DNA of 64,000 nucleotides from the human T2T-CHM13v2.0 reference genome, Homo sapiens. Shown here in pieces: positions 60,835-64,000 of the stretch. Location: the NCBI RefSeq assembly GCF_009914755.1, contig NC_060937.1; one strand, given 5' to 3'. The stretch's first letter is position 1. The number at the start of each line of letters is the position of its first letter. Made by a program: the position numbers and the translations under genes. The notes under the pieces were generated by a model. The model was not told the DNA's origin. It searched no databases and saw only the letters and a list, made by a program, of their open reading frames with translations.

Positions 60835-61217
60835 GGGGATTTCACCTATTTGTGGATCGAAACAAGTTAAACTCAGAAGCAGAGAGTAGAATTGTGGATA
60901 CAGGAAGCTGGAAGTGAGGAAGAACTGGGGAAATGCTGATCAAAGGATATACAATTTCAGTTAGATGAGAGGAATACATCTGAGAGAACTATTACACAGC
61001 ATAGTGACTACAGTTAATAATATATCATATTCTTTGAAATTGCTGAGAGTAGATTTTAAGTGTTATTACAATAAAAAATAACTATGTGACATAATGTGTA
61101 TGTTAATTAGCTCAATTTAGCCATCCCACAATGCATACATATTTCAAAACATCCCATTGTACACCATAATATACACATTTTTTTAATTTGTCAATCAAAA
61201 AGAATTTTAAAATAAAG
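60835..61217 (+). mobile_element. L1MA (MA7/8-like) 3' end
   Basis: AGAAGCAGAGAGTAGAAT...CAATTTCAGTTAGA...GAAATTGCTGAGAGTAGATTTTAAG. Confidence 0.8.
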
Positions 61218-61449
61218 TTAACAAAACTTCAAATACAATAAAGGAAGAGAGAAGAATGTGGATATGGGGAGGGAGAAAAATGGAAACTTTGAAAAGAGCA
61301 AGAATATACTAGGAAAGAAGACAAGATGAAAAATATTATAATAGAAGAGACAGCACATAGAGAAAAGAAAAAAAGCCAAAAATGATACGGAAATGGAAAT
61401 GGCCTGAGCATTACTTTTTCCTGACAAGAGATTGTTATCACAGATGGTC

Positions 61450-61672
61450 AATTTGTTATAAAAGTGAGTTTGGCTCCCTCTTGTTCTCTCGTTCTTACTC
61501 TCATGTATAATGCCTTCTGCCACATTTTGATGCAGCAAGAAAACCCTCACCAGATGCCACTCCTTGATCTTGGACTTTCTAGCCTCCAGAACTGTAGGTC
61601 AAATTAATTTTTTTCATTGTAATTATCCAGTCTGTGGGACTTGGTTATAGCAGCATAAAATAGACTAAGACA
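61450..61672 (+). mobile_element. MST (MaLR) LTR 3' half
   Basis: CCCTCACCAGATGCC...TTGGACTTTCTAGCCTCCAGAACTGT...ATAGCAGCATAAAATAGACTAAGACA. Confidence 0.8.
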
Positions 61673-63059
61673 ATATCTTTTACAGGTAAGAAACTTTGTA
61701 CCAAAACTTGAGAAGTATCTTTATAACTGTGCTTTAATAATCTCAATAATACGAGCTTGTCACTTGATGAAATAGTTCTTACCTTTAGATCTTTATGAAT
61801 TTTATAATTTTTAAAAATCTACCTCGCTTATGTTAACCTAAACTATATTTCCTATCTAGGCTAAGTATATCATGTAGACAGCAACTTTCTTCTTTCTTCT
61901 ATTATAGAAAATATAATTCTTTCAGGATATTTCTGATGCTTCCCTTAAATCTTATATTTAAATCTTCATCAACGAATCCAACCCTCTCAATTTCTTCCTA
62001 TAAGACTCTCATCATACTCTGCACTATCCAAGCTAGTATTATTTAGAATAATTCTAATTTTAATGCCCTTCTTAAAATATATCACTATAATTGGGCAATG
62101 ATATTTAAGTGTATTCTAATCATCTTCCATGTCTAAAAAGTTAATAAATTTCAATTTGCCTTGAATTATTCTTAGAATGGTCATGTTATTTTCTAGTGCT
62201 CACGGCTTTAGTTTCTAAGTAGTCATGAAACAGTTAAGAATTATCTCTACATTTTTCCCATGAATATACTTAACACCTGCGTTCATATGTTCATATGTGA
62301 CTTGCTTTGTTCAATCTTATTGAAGAAGGACTACATGTATTTCCCACTCCATTCTTTCGTGGTTTTTTTGGTTGTTGTTTGTTTTTTACAATAGAGCATA
62401 AAAATAAACACCTGCTTTTGGTGATAATGTTCTATACATTCAGGGAGAGGATAAAACATGCAATAACCACAAACAGATTGTATAATACAAGAGATTAGGA
62501 AAATGGCTTTTATCCAGTATTTTATCCATTACCTTTAGTGTGCTATCAGTTGCCATATTTAACCTATGAGATTAAATGTTCTAATTTGAAAAATTAACAT
62601 AATATCTCTTTTTGAAGCAAAATACGTGGTTAAGGTGATGTTCATACAATATAAGATGTGTAATGTTTTCAAAGATAAAAAATACTGCATAGACATGTAA
62701 AACAGTGTACTAAATTCTTTGGCCTCTTCCACAAAATGGTCTTCACACTCTCACAACAAATCTAGCAGCACACATAAAATATGACTTTAACACAAGTGAT
62801 ATTTATTTCTTCACTTTTTTGACAGTCATAGAAACAATTTTCCAAATTAATAGATTATAATTTTTAAAAATATTGAAAACTGTTCAGAGTAGATTTTAAA
62901 TATTTTTTCAACAAAAATGATAAGTATGTGAGATAATGCATGTTTGCTTAGCATGCAATAACCAAAACCACACTGTCTAGTGTAAAATGGCAATGGATCA
63001 GGCTTATGTTTAAGTCCTGTGAATGCTACTCAGAGTCAAAAATCCTGACAAAGTTATTT

Positions 63060-64000
63060 GAGTTTTTAATTTTCAAACAATTATAGATTCACAGGAAGTT
63101 GTTTTAAAATATAGAAAGCAGTCCCATGTGCCTTTCATGCAATTTCCCTCACTGCTAGTAACTTGCATAACTGTAGTACAATATCAAAACCAGGAAATGA
63201 CACTGACACAATTTACAGAGCTTATTCAGATTTCACCAGTGCCAAGCTATTTCCCATATGTGTCTGTATCCGTGTTTGTTTATAGTACTAAACAATTTTT
63301 TCAAATTTCCAGATTCACATAACCTTTATTGCAATAAAGATACAGAACTGTTCCATCACCGTGTAGCACCCTTGTGCTACCCTTCCATAGCCGCACCTAC
63401 CTTGTTTCCATGCCTAACACCTGGATACCACTAATCTGTTCTACATTTCTATAATTTTATTTCAACAATGTTATATGAATACAATCATTCATTATGCAAC
63501 ACTGGGACTTTGGATTTTTAAATTCAGCATAATATACTTGAGAAACATTCGGGTTATGGCTTGTATCAATAGTCTGTCCCATTTTATTGCCACACAATAG
63601 TTTATGGTATGAGTAAAACACTGTTTAGCTATTCAACCTTGAAGGACATTTTTGTTAGTCTACAATTTGGGAGTATTTTATGAATAAAGCTGTTCCAAAC
63701 ATTTCAATACAGTTTTTGCCTAAACATAAGTTTTCACTTATCTGAGATAAATGCCCCAAAGTCCAATTGCTGGATCATATGGTAATCATGTATTTAATTT
63801 TATAAAAATTTGCAAAGCTCTTTTCCAGACTTATTGTACCATTTTACATTCCCACCAGCAATGTATGAGTGATTCAATCTCTCTACGTCCTCACTAGCAT
63901 TTAGTGTTTTCACAATTACTTTTTAATCATTCTGAGACATCAGTAGTACTATCTCATTGCAAATTTAGTCTGCATTCCCTAAATGACTAATGGTATTAAA
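63060..64000 (-). mobile_element. L1MC/L1MD 3' region, runs off window
   Basis: AATTATAGATTCACAGGAAGTTG...GTACAATATCAAAACCAGGAAATGAC...TTTTACATTCCCACCAGCAATGTATGAG. Confidence 0.8.

Overview
Human genomic DNA (an L1HS-Ta element is present), AT-rich and dominated by repeats, probably intergenic or deep intronic. No intact cellular protein-coding gene is supported. The only gene-derived sequence is a disabled, intronless CTAGE (MIA2/CTAGE5-derived) retrocopy at about 25.3-28.2 kb. Nearly all listed ORFs are read-through of LTR12, L1, Alu or Tigger sequence. I do not see a new gene system; what stands out is structural history. (1) An ~8.1 kb block carrying the CTAGE retrocopy, a SATR satellite and a cut LTR12 sits inside the 3' UTR of an L1PA whose 15-bp TSDs are now 9.2 kb apart, which suggests a DNA-level templated duplication. 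(2) Three neighbouring L1PA copies in inverted orientations share private variants in patches, which suggests ectopic gene conversion. (3) A 5'-inverted L1HS-Ta is truncated at almost the same ORF2 position at which it landed in an older L1PB. (4) An LTR12 is nested in an LTR12 that is nested in an Alu. (5) There is a strong recursive-splice-like AG|GTAAGT site plus candidate microexons, all unverified. Subfamily names come from recalled consensus features and should be confirmed with RepeatMasker/Dfam.
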